This document shows, piece by piece, positions 1-9,313 of a stretch of DNA of 64,000 nt. The DNA lies in assembly GCA_963718665.1 (NCBI GenBank), contig OY970359.1, positions 448,001-512,000 on the forward strand, in the 5' to 3' direction. The translations under genes were made by a program, and so were the position numbers. This DNA is from an uncultured Phycisphaerales bacterium (GTDB taxonomy: Bacteria; Planctomycetota; Phycisphaerae; Sedimentisphaerales; Anaerobacaceae). Position 1 is the first letter of the stretch; every line of letters starts with the position of its first letter. Under the pieces are notes generated by a model. It was not told the origin of the DNA, ran no database searches, and saw nothing but the letters and a program-made list of their open reading frames with translations.

Positions 1-1
1 C

Positions 2-208
2 GCAGGCATTCGAGGCCTCGACATCGCGGGCTGGTATTCCAGCCCCGTCCATCCGCTCAGTGATGCCGACCTCGCCAAAGTTGATTATCGCCGTGGCTGC
101 TGCCCGAGAGCCGAAGGCACAATTGAACGATTAGTCCACCTGCCGACCGGCCCATCGCTCAATAAACACAAATTAGAAGCGATGATGAGAATATTAAACG
201 GGGTTTAA
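2..208 (+). CDS. DegT/DnrJ/EryC1/StrS-family aminotransferase, C-terminal fragment (5' truncated by window edge)
   Basis: Frame 2 reads open to TAA at 206-208: ...GWYSSPVHPLSDADLAKVDYRRGCCPRAEGTIERLVHLPTGPSL..., matching the family C-terminal P.HP / CP.AE / LP motifs. Not in the ORF track. Confidence 0.6.
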   Translation, partial: AGIRGLDIAGWYSSPVHPLSDADLAKVDYRRGCCPRAEGTIERLVHLPTGPSLNKHKLEAMMRILNGV

Positions 209-588
209 GATTGACTATGGGCGAGGGCTAAGAGGACGAGGAAATAAGCCGTGAAAGATACGAAGGCGAGCAGAAAGCCGGCGAGGGCAGGGATTGCGGC
301 TGCGAAACTGGTTTTGTTGCGCCGGCAGCGTATTAACGACAATATGGCAAAGGTTACAGATGCAGCAGGCAGAATGGCGCAGAGAGTGTGAACGGTGTTA
401 TAAAAAGGAGTTTCCCTCACAAGGCAAATATCGGTAGAGCTGTTGTGCAGGGCTATAATCCTGTGGATTGAGGCATAGAAAAGTGGTATCGCGGCGACGG
501 CAAAAACGAGCGAAACGAGGCCCAGTCGGCTCGTCTTTGCACCGGGGCATACGGCTTCGATATTGTTTGTGTCCGGTTTTTCTGCCAT
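205..588 (-). CDS. Small hypothetical membrane protein (about 3 TM helices)
   Basis: ORF 205..663; likely start ATG 588 (MAEKPDT). Three hydrophobic stretches. Confidence 0.6.
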   Translation of the reverse strand: MAEKPDTNNIEAVCPGAKTSRLGLVSLVFAVAAIPLFYASIHRIIALHNSSTDICLVRETPFYNTVHTLCAILPAASVTFAILSLIRCRRNKTSFAAAIPALAGFLLAFVSFTAYFLVLLALAHSQS

Positions 589-703
589 TTTGGTTTCTCG
601 TAGTTTATACGATTGCCGGCGGCTATCGGCCCGGAAAATTATTCGCCACGGCAACGACCCCATAACCGCTACCCGCTGTTCACTAAATACAAGCGACTAA
701 CGA

Positions 704-1297
704 CTATCGACTGTCCGCTGTTTCTGGAAAATTTAACCTCGCAAATTCCCCGTGATATTTCTTCGCTGCTTTGTCGCGTGCTTTTGCCGCTTCTATCTCG
801 TTTTTGAATCCGCCTATCCAGTAACTTTTCCCCTTATGCTTGATTTTAACAGCCCAGCGATTTTGTGCTTTCTCGTAAGATACCCCGATAAACCGCGATG
901 TTGTCTTCGATTTGGTCTTTCGTTTGTTGCTCGAATTTTGTGCATGCGTCGCAAGACGCAGATTGTCCCTTCGATTATCTAACGACTCTCCGTTTTTGTG
1001 GTCAACAATTCGCCCCTTGGGTGCCCTCATAATCTCTCTGTGCAAATATACTGTTTTGGCTCCTCCCTTTTTGCTCCTGATGCCCCCTATGGCGTATGCT
1101 CTCCTTTCGTGACCGCCTAAGCACCACTTGATATGTCCAAAGCGGTAATAATCCGCCGGCTCAACTGTCGTCCATTCCCCCTCGCCTAAATATATCCTGC
1201 GAAACTCATACCCATATTTGTGCCTTCGATACAACATTACCGGCCAGGTGCAGATACGGTCTAACCAATTAGGTATCGTTACGTTAATCATTGTCAT
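704..1297 (-). CDS. HNH endonuclease with C-terminal AP2 DNA-binding domain (copy 1)
   Basis: YLHREIM...VDHKNGESLDNRRDNL (HNH) then SRFIGV...W...IG.F..EIEAAKARDKAAKKYHGEFARLNFP (AP2). GGAGAGG RBS upstream. Confidence 0.9.
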   Translation of the reverse strand: MTMINVTIPNWLDRICTWPVMLYRRHKYGYEFRRIYLGEGEWTTVEPADYYRFGHIKWCLGGHERRAYAIGGIRSKKGGAKTVYLHREIMRAPKGRIVDHKNGESLDNRRDNLRLATHAQNSSNKRKTKSKTTSRFIGVSYEKAQNRWAVKIKHKGKSYWIGGFKNEIEAAKARDKAAKKYHGEFARLNFPETADSR

Positions 1298-1599
1298 AAT
1301 GTCCTCTCCCTTGCCCTCGACTCAAGCTCCATAGGAACCGCAATCGGGGGTCCATTTTTTCGGAGCGCAGCGCAGATCCTCGGGGTTAGCTCCTTTGGTC
1401 TTCTGCCGGGAACCCATTTATTGTTCGTTGTTTATTGTTAGTTGTTCCTACAAACTATGAACCAACGACTAACGACTACAGATGATTTGCCTATCTTGGC
1501 GTGAAACTTGCCCTCCCGGGGCGAAATGTTTGCGCTTCTGCGCTACTACTGCCCTATCTTGGGCTTGCTACCTTGCGGCTCTCCGCTGCCTCTTTTTTT

Positions 1600-1695
1600 C
1601 GCCTGTTCTACTGCTCAACTTACTACTTTCCCGCGAAGCGCCGCCTGTTCTACTGCTCAACTTTCTACTCTCTCGCGAAGCGTCCCGCTTCGCGC
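1600..1695. repeat. Tandem duplication of an approximately 42-bp unit ending in a palindrome
   Basis: CGCCTGTTCTACTGCTCAACTT..CTAC....CGCGAAGCG occurs twice, followed by GCGAAGCG-TCC-CGCTTCGC. Confidence 0.75.
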
Positions 1696-1851
1696 GTCCC
1701 TCTATATATAGAGTGATTTTGGGGGTGTTTTAAGGAGTTACGAAATATTTTTTTCCTGCCCAAAATCGGTAAGTTCTTGTAGGAAAAGGAATAAAAAAAA
1801 TTTCAAAAATTCCCGGATTTTTTTGGGTATATAGGTAATCTCTAAAAAACA

Positions 1852-1915
1852 GGTTTAGCCGCCGCCGGCATGGCGGCTTCCTTATAATGTTTAGCCCGGC
1901 AACTTTATTGCCGGG
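1852..1915. repeat. Two REP-like hairpins with GTTTAG foot
   Basis: GGTTTAGCCGCCGCCGGCATGGCGGC (1852-1877) and GTTTAGCCCGGCAA-CTTTA-TTGCCGGG (1889-1915); reverse-complement relatives at 54977-55024 and about 10895-10945. Confidence 0.7.
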
Positions 1916-2107
1916 TCATAAAAATTGTAAAACCAATTTTATCGCGACCTATCCGGCGTAGCGCAAGCGAAGTCGGAAACGCGGGGCGGGAAAAAACGGT
2001 TGCTGTCACCATTATTCCCAACGGGGTTGGGTAAGTTGAAAACCCCCGGCAGAGAAATGTTTTTTTGTGAAAATAGGCGGTAGTTCTTAGTCTTCCTCTT
2101 TCGCATC

Positions 2108-3391
2108 TTACTGAGAGCGATCTTGGCTATCTTTAATTTTTGGCCAATGGCAATCTTTAAACTTTTTGCCACTGCCACAAGGACAAGGTTCATAAATTGA
2201 GACTTCTCTTTTTCTTACGACAAAATCCGCTTCTGAATCATCTAATGGAACTTGAGATGTATCTTTGGATATTTGAGAATTAACAAGATTCTTCATTCTT
2301 TCTACAAGTTTGGCTTCATCATCGCTTGATTTAGGTTCTATCCGCTTCCCACCAGGCTCCCAATGAGGAAAAAAACGTTTCCATAACTGGAAAGTAATAG
2401 ATTTTCCATTCGCAGGAGGTCCAAAGCCATATTGTGCTCCCCATACATCTTTTCTATGCTCTCCTAGTTTGCCCCACTCATACGACAGATTCTTCAAGTC
2501 TGCCTTTAAATCCTCCCCGGCGACAAATGTTTGGTCGGAATTTAGGAATGTTCCAGCAATAGACTTATGAAAATTGTCGTTAGAAACAAAAACCATGCAA
2601 AATGGCAAATAATAAATGTACTCTAAATCAATTTTATTAGTCGGCCTCGTTCCAATAAAGTTGCAAATCAATCCAAAGTAGAATAATACGAGGGCGTTAA
2701 AGCAGTAATATGCATAGGGTGAGAAGTCTTTAATCAACTTATATTCGCCGCGTTCCCACCTAATAAAAACACGCTGAGCCATTGGAAAATCGATACCAAA
2801 TTCCTCTATTAACCAGACCAAAAGATTCGTTTGATTATTTTCCTGTGACAAGAATTTGTTTACATATTGGTGCAATTGTTCAACACTATCAAATTGTTTC
2901 AATACTTTAATTTTTTGTTTGGCCGTATTTTTAAAAAGTTCCAAGTCTAAAGACCTTGTCGATTCCCGCCATTGCTCAGAAAGAATGTTTTCCGCTTCTG
3001 TGAAATTGCCAGATTTCCATTCATTAAGTGTTTTTTCTTCTGGCGAAACGTCAAATATTATCCCCTTCTTGCCAGAATCACCTTCCACAGGGACACCACC
3101 ACCTATATAAGGACGTCTTCTCATTTCCACCGGATACCCTAAAAGCGAATTTATAATCAGATATCTGTAATGTACGCTAATCGCTGAATCGAATGGCAGT
3201 ATTTTGTTTACCATACGCATTATTTGATCTTTGGAGACGGCTCCTTGCCTTGTTGGTTTTTTTAGGTCTCCAAGTATTTCTATGAGAAGGATCGGCGTTA
3301 TATTTATAAAATATAGTTTATTCAGAATAAATACCTCATCAAAAGAAAGTGACTGTAGTGCCGATTTGTCTAATATGATTGTTGGCCCCAT
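2108..3391 (-). CDS. SEC-C motif protein with a possible PIN-like N-terminal domain
   Basis: C-terminal PCPCGSGKKFKDCH (SEC-C). N-terminal IILDKS..., ITPILLIE and later DLEY....FVSND resemble PIN acidic motifs. Likely start ATG 3391. AT-rich. Confidence 0.7.
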   Translation of the reverse strand: MGPTIILDKSALQSLSFDEVFILNKLYFINITPILLIEILGDLKKPTRQGAVSKDQIMRMVNKILPFDSAISVHYRYLIINSLLGYPVEMRRRPYIGGGVPVEGDSGKKGIIFDVSPEEKTLNEWKSGNFTEAENILSEQWRESTRSLDLELFKNTAKQKIKVLKQFDSVEQLHQYVNKFLSQENNQTNLLVWLIEEFGIDFPMAQRVFIRWERGEYKLIKDFSPYAYYCFNALVLFYFGLICNFIGTRPTNKIDLEYIYYLPFCMVFVSNDNFHKSIAGTFLNSDQTFVAGEDLKADLKNLSYEWGKLGEHRKDVWGAQYGFGPPANGKSITFQLWKRFFPHWEPGGKRIEPKSSDDEAKLVERMKNLVNSQISKDTSQVPLDDSEADFVVRKREVSIYEPCPCGSGKKFKDCHWPKIKDSQDRSQ

Positions 3392-3498
3392 TATTACCCT
3401 ATTTATTACCAAATAATATGTGGCTGTTCCTATTTAATTAATCCGCAAAAATCCTATCGCGAGCTGTTCAATTAAAGAATCTTCAGAATATTCAGTAA

Positions 3499-4412
3499 TT
3501 ACTCGCCATCTAAACTATCTTGTGATAAGCATACAAAATTATCTAGTGACAATCTCATATGTTCTGAGATTATAATTTCGACGTGTCTTCTTTCAAAAAA
3601 GTCTTTGCCAAAACAACACTCTTTTAATTTTTTACCGCTTCCGCAGGGGCAATCTTCATCGGCACCAGTGTCCTCAGCTATCTTGATTCTACGGGTGCTT
3701 TCCTCAGTACGAGAAATTCGTAATGGATTACACTTTTTAACAAACACTAAATCTTTAAGATACTCAACACCAGTAAAAGGTATCGACTTATTATTAATGG
3801 CCATCATCTTGCATCTTTTGTCTGCTGGATTTTCTACCAAAGACACGCTGAGAAGATTCTTGATTTCCTTGACAATACCGTAGGCTAATTTCCCCCTATA
3901 AAGCTCCCCTGCTATATGCTCGCACTCTAAGCTTTCCATATTCCTACCACAGATGCTGCAATCTACTCTACTCACAACAGCTTCAATGCTGGAAAAAACC
4001 TTGTAAGGATAAAGTTTTTCTAATGCCTGTGCTTGCCTTTCCAAAAATTTGAATAAAGAAGTTCTATCAAAATGCGAAAATCTTTTGAGCAAGCGGAGAG
4101 AATCCAAAACATCTTGTAGCGTATCCCACGATCCAGGATAAGAGCCAGCACAGATTTGGGACCAGTATTGGGCGTAGCAATTTAACAGAGAAGCAAACCT
4201 GTCGAAGATAAAGCAATCATTATAAAATTCGTCCGGACGATTATTGGTTCCGGATTTCTCGTAATCATTTACTAGGGCACAAGTTTTTCTGCGACTTGTT
4301 TGGCGGATTCAAAATTTAAATTCGCCAACTCATTATAGTAGGACTCAAGGGTTCCTCGGCAATCAAGCCAATATTGTTGCAGACTCTCTGTTTTGAGCAA
4401 GATATTATCCAT
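3499..4412 (-). CDS. SEC-C motif protein with CSICG-CEH zinc-like motif; frameshifted as assembled
   Basis: ATG at 4412 overlaps the upstream stop. Adding one A to the A5 run (T at 4284-4288) fuses MDNILLKTESL...AEK with TCALVNDY...DVLDSLR into ORF 3499..4107. C-terminal CPCGSGKKLKECC. Confidence 0.65.
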
Positions 4413-4878
4413 TTATGAAATCATTAATATCAAACTGTTTGATTTTTTTTAGCCCTTCGACAGGACCGTTATATTCGAATTTCTTAAACTTGCCTTTGTC
4501 TTTATAAATAACGTTTAGATGAGCCTTAGGGTCATCTTTTGAAAGGTCGCCTCGCACCATAGATTTAAGGTAGTCATAGACAAAGTTAAGAAAAAGCGGT
4601 AACGCAACGTTTGTCGCCAAGAAAACCATGGGAAGCCATATCTCGGACGATTTTAAATCGATTACGTTCTCACATGAACTGATTTTAACGCTTATTTCTG
4701 ACTTGTTCTGTCTGAGCCATTTAGCGAATCTATAAGTATCTGGCTTTAGGACTTCATGACCTTTTCTAAAATTATCTTCTGCAGAAAGAAAGATACCATT
4801 AGAATTTTCGATGAATTCTTTGCATTCTTTGGCAGGTTCAATTTCTGCTAAGGTAAAAAGCTTTTTTTCGTTTTCCAT
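4405..4878 (-). CDS. Hypothetical protein with one hydrophobic helix
   Basis: 157 aa ORF, AAGGA upstream, segment IWLPMVFLATNVALPLFLNFVY; stop overlaps next start. Confidence 0.7.
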   Translation of the reverse strand: MENEKKLFTLAEIEPAKECKEFIENSNGIFLSAEDNFRKGHEVLKPDTYRFAKWLRQNKSEISVKISSCENVIDLKSSEIWLPMVFLATNVALPLFLNFVYDYLKSMVRGDLSKDDPKAHLNVIYKDKGKFKKFEYNGPVEGLKKIKQFDINDFING

Positions 4879-5155
4879 AGGTTCGTTCCTTATATTTCAA
4901 TTTCCCCGCTTATCAGTTTCGGCAAAAGCAAAATCATATTTCAGACGAACCTAACTATCTGTAAACAGCGTTTTCCAGAACAGCAAAGTTGACGGGCAAA
5001 GGTGCGAATCTCTTCCGGCCTTAAAAAAACGTTTTCACCAAACCCACTATAGATTTTCATAAACGAGGTATCAAATTAAAATCCATCCCTTTGGGATACC
5101 GCATTTTTACTTTTTACCTTTTACTTTTTGCCTTGAACAACCTACCCGCTACACG

Positions 5156-6283
5156 CTATCCGCTATTCTTAAGATGCTTTGCTATCCTGCTCGCGCTTGG
5201 CGCTTTTATCACTCCTCTTTCGGTGATAATCGCCGTGATGTTCTCCGCAGGCGTTACATCAAACGCAGGATTGTAAATATCAACGCCATCGGGCACTATC
5301 TTTTTAGTGCCCGTCTTGAGCGAAGTCGAAGGGCTGACTCCACCTATAAACCGAATCTCCTCCGATGGCCGCTGCTCGATAGGAATATCTTTACCTGTCT
5401 TTGTTTTCAAATCGAACGTGCTCGATGGCGCAGCGATATAAAACGGTATTTTGTGCGCTTTAGCAAGAACGCTCAGGGCATAAGTACCAGTTTTATTGGC
5501 TGCGTCGCCATTGGCGGCGATTCTGTCTGCCCCGGTGATGACCATATCTATTTTGCCATCCCTCATAAGCGCAGCAGCCATATTATCGCAGATGACCGTC
5601 GTATCGATTTTGGCCCGTTTCAATTCCCAGGCGGTCAATCGCGAACCCTGTAACAAAGGCCTTGTCTCATCGACAAAAACCGTGAATTTTTTGCCTCGTT
5701 TTTTCGCTTCATACAAAACCGATAAGGCCGTGCCCTGCCCTGCTGTCGCCAATGCCCCCGCGTTGCAATGCGTCAATATCCCTGCTCCACTTTTTATGAA
5801 TCTGGCGCCGTTAGCGCCGATTTTGCGGCACATCTCGATATCTTCCCGGCAAATATCATTGGCCTCTTTCAAAACCGCTTTGCAAAGCTCATCCAACGTC
5901 CCTGCCGAACTTTTTTCAGCGCATTTTACTATTCTTTCAAGTGCCCATCGCAGGTTGACAGCCGTGGGCCTGCTGCTCGCCAAGTATTCGCAATCCCGTT
6001 TCAATAACTTCACCGCCAAGTTCGCAGAGTTTATTTTATCTTTTTCTCTGCGGTCTTTGCGAGCTCGGCGGTAAATATTTTTCTGTAATGCCAAAACCGC
6101 CCCATATCCCCCTGCTACCCCGATTGCCGCGCATCCCCGAACCGCCAATGTCTTTATCGCGCCATATAACTGCTTAACGCCTACACAGCGAATTATTTTA
6201 TATTCCCCCGGCAGTTTCCTCTGGTTGATAATCTCCAGACAGCCATCGACCCCGCCAATCCATTTAAGCGTCTTTACCACCAT
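5156..6283 (-). CDS. mtnA: S-methyl-5-thioribose-1-phosphate isomerase
   Basis: VRGCAAIG, SRPTAVNL, LTHCNAGALAT, ETRPLLQGSRLTAWEL, GADRIAANGDAANKTG, NPAFDVTP. Confidence 0.95.
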   Translation of the reverse strand: MVVKTLKWIGGVDGCLEIINQRKLPGEYKIIRCVGVKQLYGAIKTLAVRGCAAIGVAGGYGAVLALQKNIYRRARKDRREKDKINSANLAVKLLKRDCEYLASSRPTAVNLRWALERIVKCAEKSSAGTLDELCKAVLKEANDICREDIEMCRKIGANGARFIKSGAGILTHCNAGALATAGQGTALSVLYEAKKRGKKFTVFVDETRPLLQGSRLTAWELKRAKIDTTVICDNMAAALMRDGKIDMVITGADRIAANGDAANKTGTYALSVLAKAHKIPFYIAAPSSTFDLKTKTGKDIPIEQRPSEEIRFIGGVSPSTSLKTGTKKIVPDGVDIYNPAFDVTPAENITAIITERGVIKAPSASRIAKHLKNSG

Positions 6284-6448
6284 TGCCCCATTCCTTATTA
6301 AAAATTGACGCCTTGCGTCATCCCCGAGAACCAGCTTCTTTGGTTTTGAAACAGGGGACCCATTTCAAAATCACCATCGCGCAGTTTACCCGCCGTGTAT
6401 TTTGGCGGGCGAATCCACAACTAAAGACTCAAAACTCAACACTAAACA

Positions 6449-9313
6449 CTAAATACTCTTTTCAGCTTTCGCATCCTCTTCGAGTTTTTTGCGGAGGTAT
6501 TTGCCCGTATAGCTGACCTCATTTTTGGTAATTTCCTCAGGCGTTCCCGTCGCGACAACCGTCCCGCCCCTTTCGCCGCCTTCAGGCCCAAGGTCGATTA
6601 TGTAATCCGCCAGCTTTACCACGTCGAGGTTATGCTCGATAACGACCACGGTATTGCCCAAATCAACAAGTCGCTGCAGAACGCTGAGCAGATTGTGAAT
6701 ATCGGCAAAGTGCAATCCGGTTGTCGGCTCATCGAGAACGTAGAGTGTATGCCCGGTCGCCGCCTTGCCCAGTTCCGCCGCAAGTTTCACCCGCTGGGCC
6801 TCACCCCCCGACAGCGTCGTTGACGCCTGACCGAGTTTGATATATCCAAGGCCGACGTCGTTGAGCATTTTCAAAAGGCGGATGACGGTCGGGAAGTTCG
6901 CGAAAAACTCAAGCGACTCCTCAATCCGCATATCCAGCACATCGGCTATATTCTTACCTTTACAAGTTACTTCCAGTGTCTCCGGATTATACCTTTTTCC
7001 TTTGCACTGCTGACAAGTCACATACACATCAGGAAGGAAGTGCATCTCAATCAACATTGTACCCTGGCCCTTGCAGTATTCGCAACGGCCGCCTTTGGTA
7101 TTGAAGCTGAAACGGCCTGCCTTGTAGCCGCGGATTTTGGCCTCGCGTGTTTTGGCGAAAAGCTTGCGAATCTCATCGAGGGCGCCGGTATAAGTCGCGG
7201 GGTTACTGCGGGGGGTTTTGCCGATAGGCGACTGGTCAATCTGGATAACCTTGTCGATTTGCGTTATGCCGAGGATGCTTTTGTGTTTGCCCGGATGCTC
7301 GCGGGAGCCATACAGGCGACGGCGTAACGCGGCCAAAAGCACCTGATTGACGAGGGTGCTTTTACCTGAGCCGGAAACGCCGGTAACGCCGATGAAAACG
7401 CCGAGTGGGAATTTGACGTCGATATCCTTGAGATTGTGCTCGGCAGCACCCCTTACCTCGACGCATTTGCGAAGATTGTATTTGCGTCTTCTCGAACCGA
7501 GTCCGATTCGCTTCCTGCCTCCGAGATAATCGCCCGTAAGCGACCTTGTGCAATTTATGATGTCCTGCAATTTGCCTTCGACCACCAGCTCACCGCCGTG
7601 TGCACCGGCGGCAGGGCCTATATCGATAATATGGTCGGCACTTCGCATAATGTCTTCATCGTGCTCGACCACGATGACGGTGTTGCCTATCTTGACAAGC
7701 CGCTGCAATATGCCAAGCAGCCGGTCGTTATCGCGTTTGTGAAGCCCGATTGTCGGCTCATCGAGAACATAGCAAACGCCGACAAGGCCGCTGCCCACCT
7801 GCGTTGCGAGGCGTATTCGCTGCGCCTCGCCGCCGGCAAGCGTGCCGCTCCTGCGGTCAAGCGTGAGGTATCCAAGACCGACATCGAACATAAAGCCGAG
7901 TCGCGCCTTTATCTCTTTCAATATTTGTTCGGCTATTACGGCCTTTTCGTTTTCGAGCTTGAGCTTGTTGAAAAACACCTGCGCCTTTTCGATGCTCATC
8001 GATGACAGCTCGTGAATGTTTTTGTTTCCAACCGTTACCGCGATTGCTTCGGGCCGTAATCTTGCGCCGTTGCACGCGGTGCAGTGCTGTTCGCTGAAAT
8101 AGCTGTGCAATTTTTCTTTGACGTATTCGCTTTCGGTCGCCTTCCATCTCCGCATCAGGTTCGGGATAACGCCTTCAAACCATATACCGTATTTGTCCTC
8201 ATCTTCCTTATTCGTGCCGTTCATCAGGAGACGTTTTATTTCATCGGGCAAATTCCCGAAAGGCATCGTCTTATCAACACCGAAGTCCCGGCAAAAACGG
8301 TTGACTAAGCGGTTGTAAAAAATATTCATCCGCTTGCCGCCTTTGCGCCAGGCGTCAATCGCGCCGTTTTCGAGCGACTTGGTTTTATCGGGCACAATCA
8401 GTTCGGGGTCGAATTCGAGTATTGTCCCTAAACCATCGCAGCTTTTGCACGCGCCATAGGGGCTGTTGAAGCTGAACAACCTTGGTGACAATTCTTCGAG
8501 CGACGCCTCAGGGTGCTGCGGGCAGGCGAATTTCTCGCTGTATATCGTCTCTTCCCACTTACCATCAGTTGAATCTGTGCCGGGTTTCTGGCTCAAAACC
8601 ACAATCGCCCCATCGCCGAGTTTCAACGCTGTCTCAACTGAATCCGCTAATCGAATTCGCACCGCCTCGTTTATAACCAGCCGGTCAACGACCGCGGCGA
8701 TATCGTGCTTTTTGTTCTTATCGAGCACGGGCGTGCCGCGAATATCGTAAATTCCCCCATCAACGCGCACCCGCACAAAACCTTCTCGTTGAATCGAGGC
8801 GAAGATGTCCTTGTGCTCGCCCTTTTTGCCGCGAATCAGCGGTGCGCAAATCTGCACCTTCGTCCCTTTGGGTTTGCTGATTAGCCAATCGACAATCTGC
8901 GATGAATGCTGGCTCGTAATTTCCTTGCCGCAAACCCGGCAGTGAGGCGTGCCGACTCTCGCGAACAGCAATCTAAAATAATCGTAAATCTCCGTCGTTG
9001 TCGCAACCGTCGAACGCGGATTGGCTGATGCGCTGCGCTGTTCAATCGCGATTGTCGGGGGCAGCCCGGTGATTTCGCCGACCGCGGGCTTTTGCATCTG
9101 CTCTAAGAATTGCCTCGCGTATGAGCTTAGTGATTCGACGTATTTGCGTCTGCCCTCGGCGTAAATGGTATCGAAGGCAAGCGAGCTTTTGCCTGAGCCG
9201 GAGATACCTGTGATGACAACCATTTTATCGCGGGGGATGCTCAGGTTGATATTCTTGAGGTTATGCTCCGCCGCACCGGTTATTTTGATGAACTTTTCCG
9301 TTTGCTCGCTCAT
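6449..9313 (-). CDS. uvrA: Excinuclease ABC subunit A
   Basis: Two Walker A motifs (GISGSGKS, GVSGSGKS), zinc fingers, LSGGEAQRVKLA, FSFNSPYGAC. Confidence 0.98.
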   Translation of the reverse strand: MSEQTEKFIKITGAAEHNLKNINLSIPRDKMVVITGISGSGKSSLAFDTIYAEGRRKYVESLSSYARQFLEQMQKPAVGEITGLPPTIAIEQRSASANPRSTVATTTEIYDYFRLLFARVGTPHCRVCGKEITSQHSSQIVDWLISKPKGTKVQICAPLIRGKKGEHKDIFASIQREGFVRVRVDGGIYDIRGTPVLDKNKKHDIAAVVDRLVINEAVRIRLADSVETALKLGDGAIVVLSQKPGTDSTDGKWEETIYSEKFACPQHPEASLEELSPRLFSFNSPYGACKSCDGLGTILEFDPELIVPDKTKSLENGAIDAWRKGGKRMNIFYNRLVNRFCRDFGVDKTMPFGNLPDEIKRLLMNGTNKEDEDKYGIWFEGVIPNLMRRWKATESEYVKEKLHSYFSEQHCTACNGARLRPEAIAVTVGNKNIHELSSMSIEKAQVFFNKLKLENEKAVIAEQILKEIKARLGFMFDVGLGYLTLDRRSGTLAGGEAQRIRLATQVGSGLVGVCYVLDEPTIGLHKRDNDRLLGILQRLVKIGNTVIVVEHDEDIMRSADHIIDIGPAAGAHGGELVVEGKLQDIINCTRSLTGDYLGGRKRIGLGSRRRKYNLRKCVEVRGAAEHNLKDIDVKFPLGVFIGVTGVSGSGKSTLVNQVLLAALRRRLYGSREHPGKHKSILGITQIDKVIQIDQSPIGKTPRSNPATYTGALDEIRKLFAKTREAKIRGYKAGRFSFNTKGGRCEYCKGQGTMLIEMHFLPDVYVTCQQCKGKRYNPETLEVTCKGKNIADVLDMRIEESLEFFANFPTVIRLLKMLNDVGLGYIKLGQASTTLSGGEAQRVKLAAELGKAATGHTLYVLDEPTTGLHFADIHNLLSVLQRLVDLGNTVVVIEHNLDVVKLADYIIDLGPEGGERGGTVVATGTPEEITKNEVSYTGKYLRKKLEEDAKAEKSI

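Noticed and set aside
704..1297. Prophage or group I intron context for the HNH-AP2 genes
   Set aside because: No structural phage genes, no interrupted host gene and no recognisable intron core around either copy.
1482..1733. Short ORFs over the repeat region
   Set aside because: They are translations of the tandem repeats and the leader in all three frames, with no RBS or protein motif.
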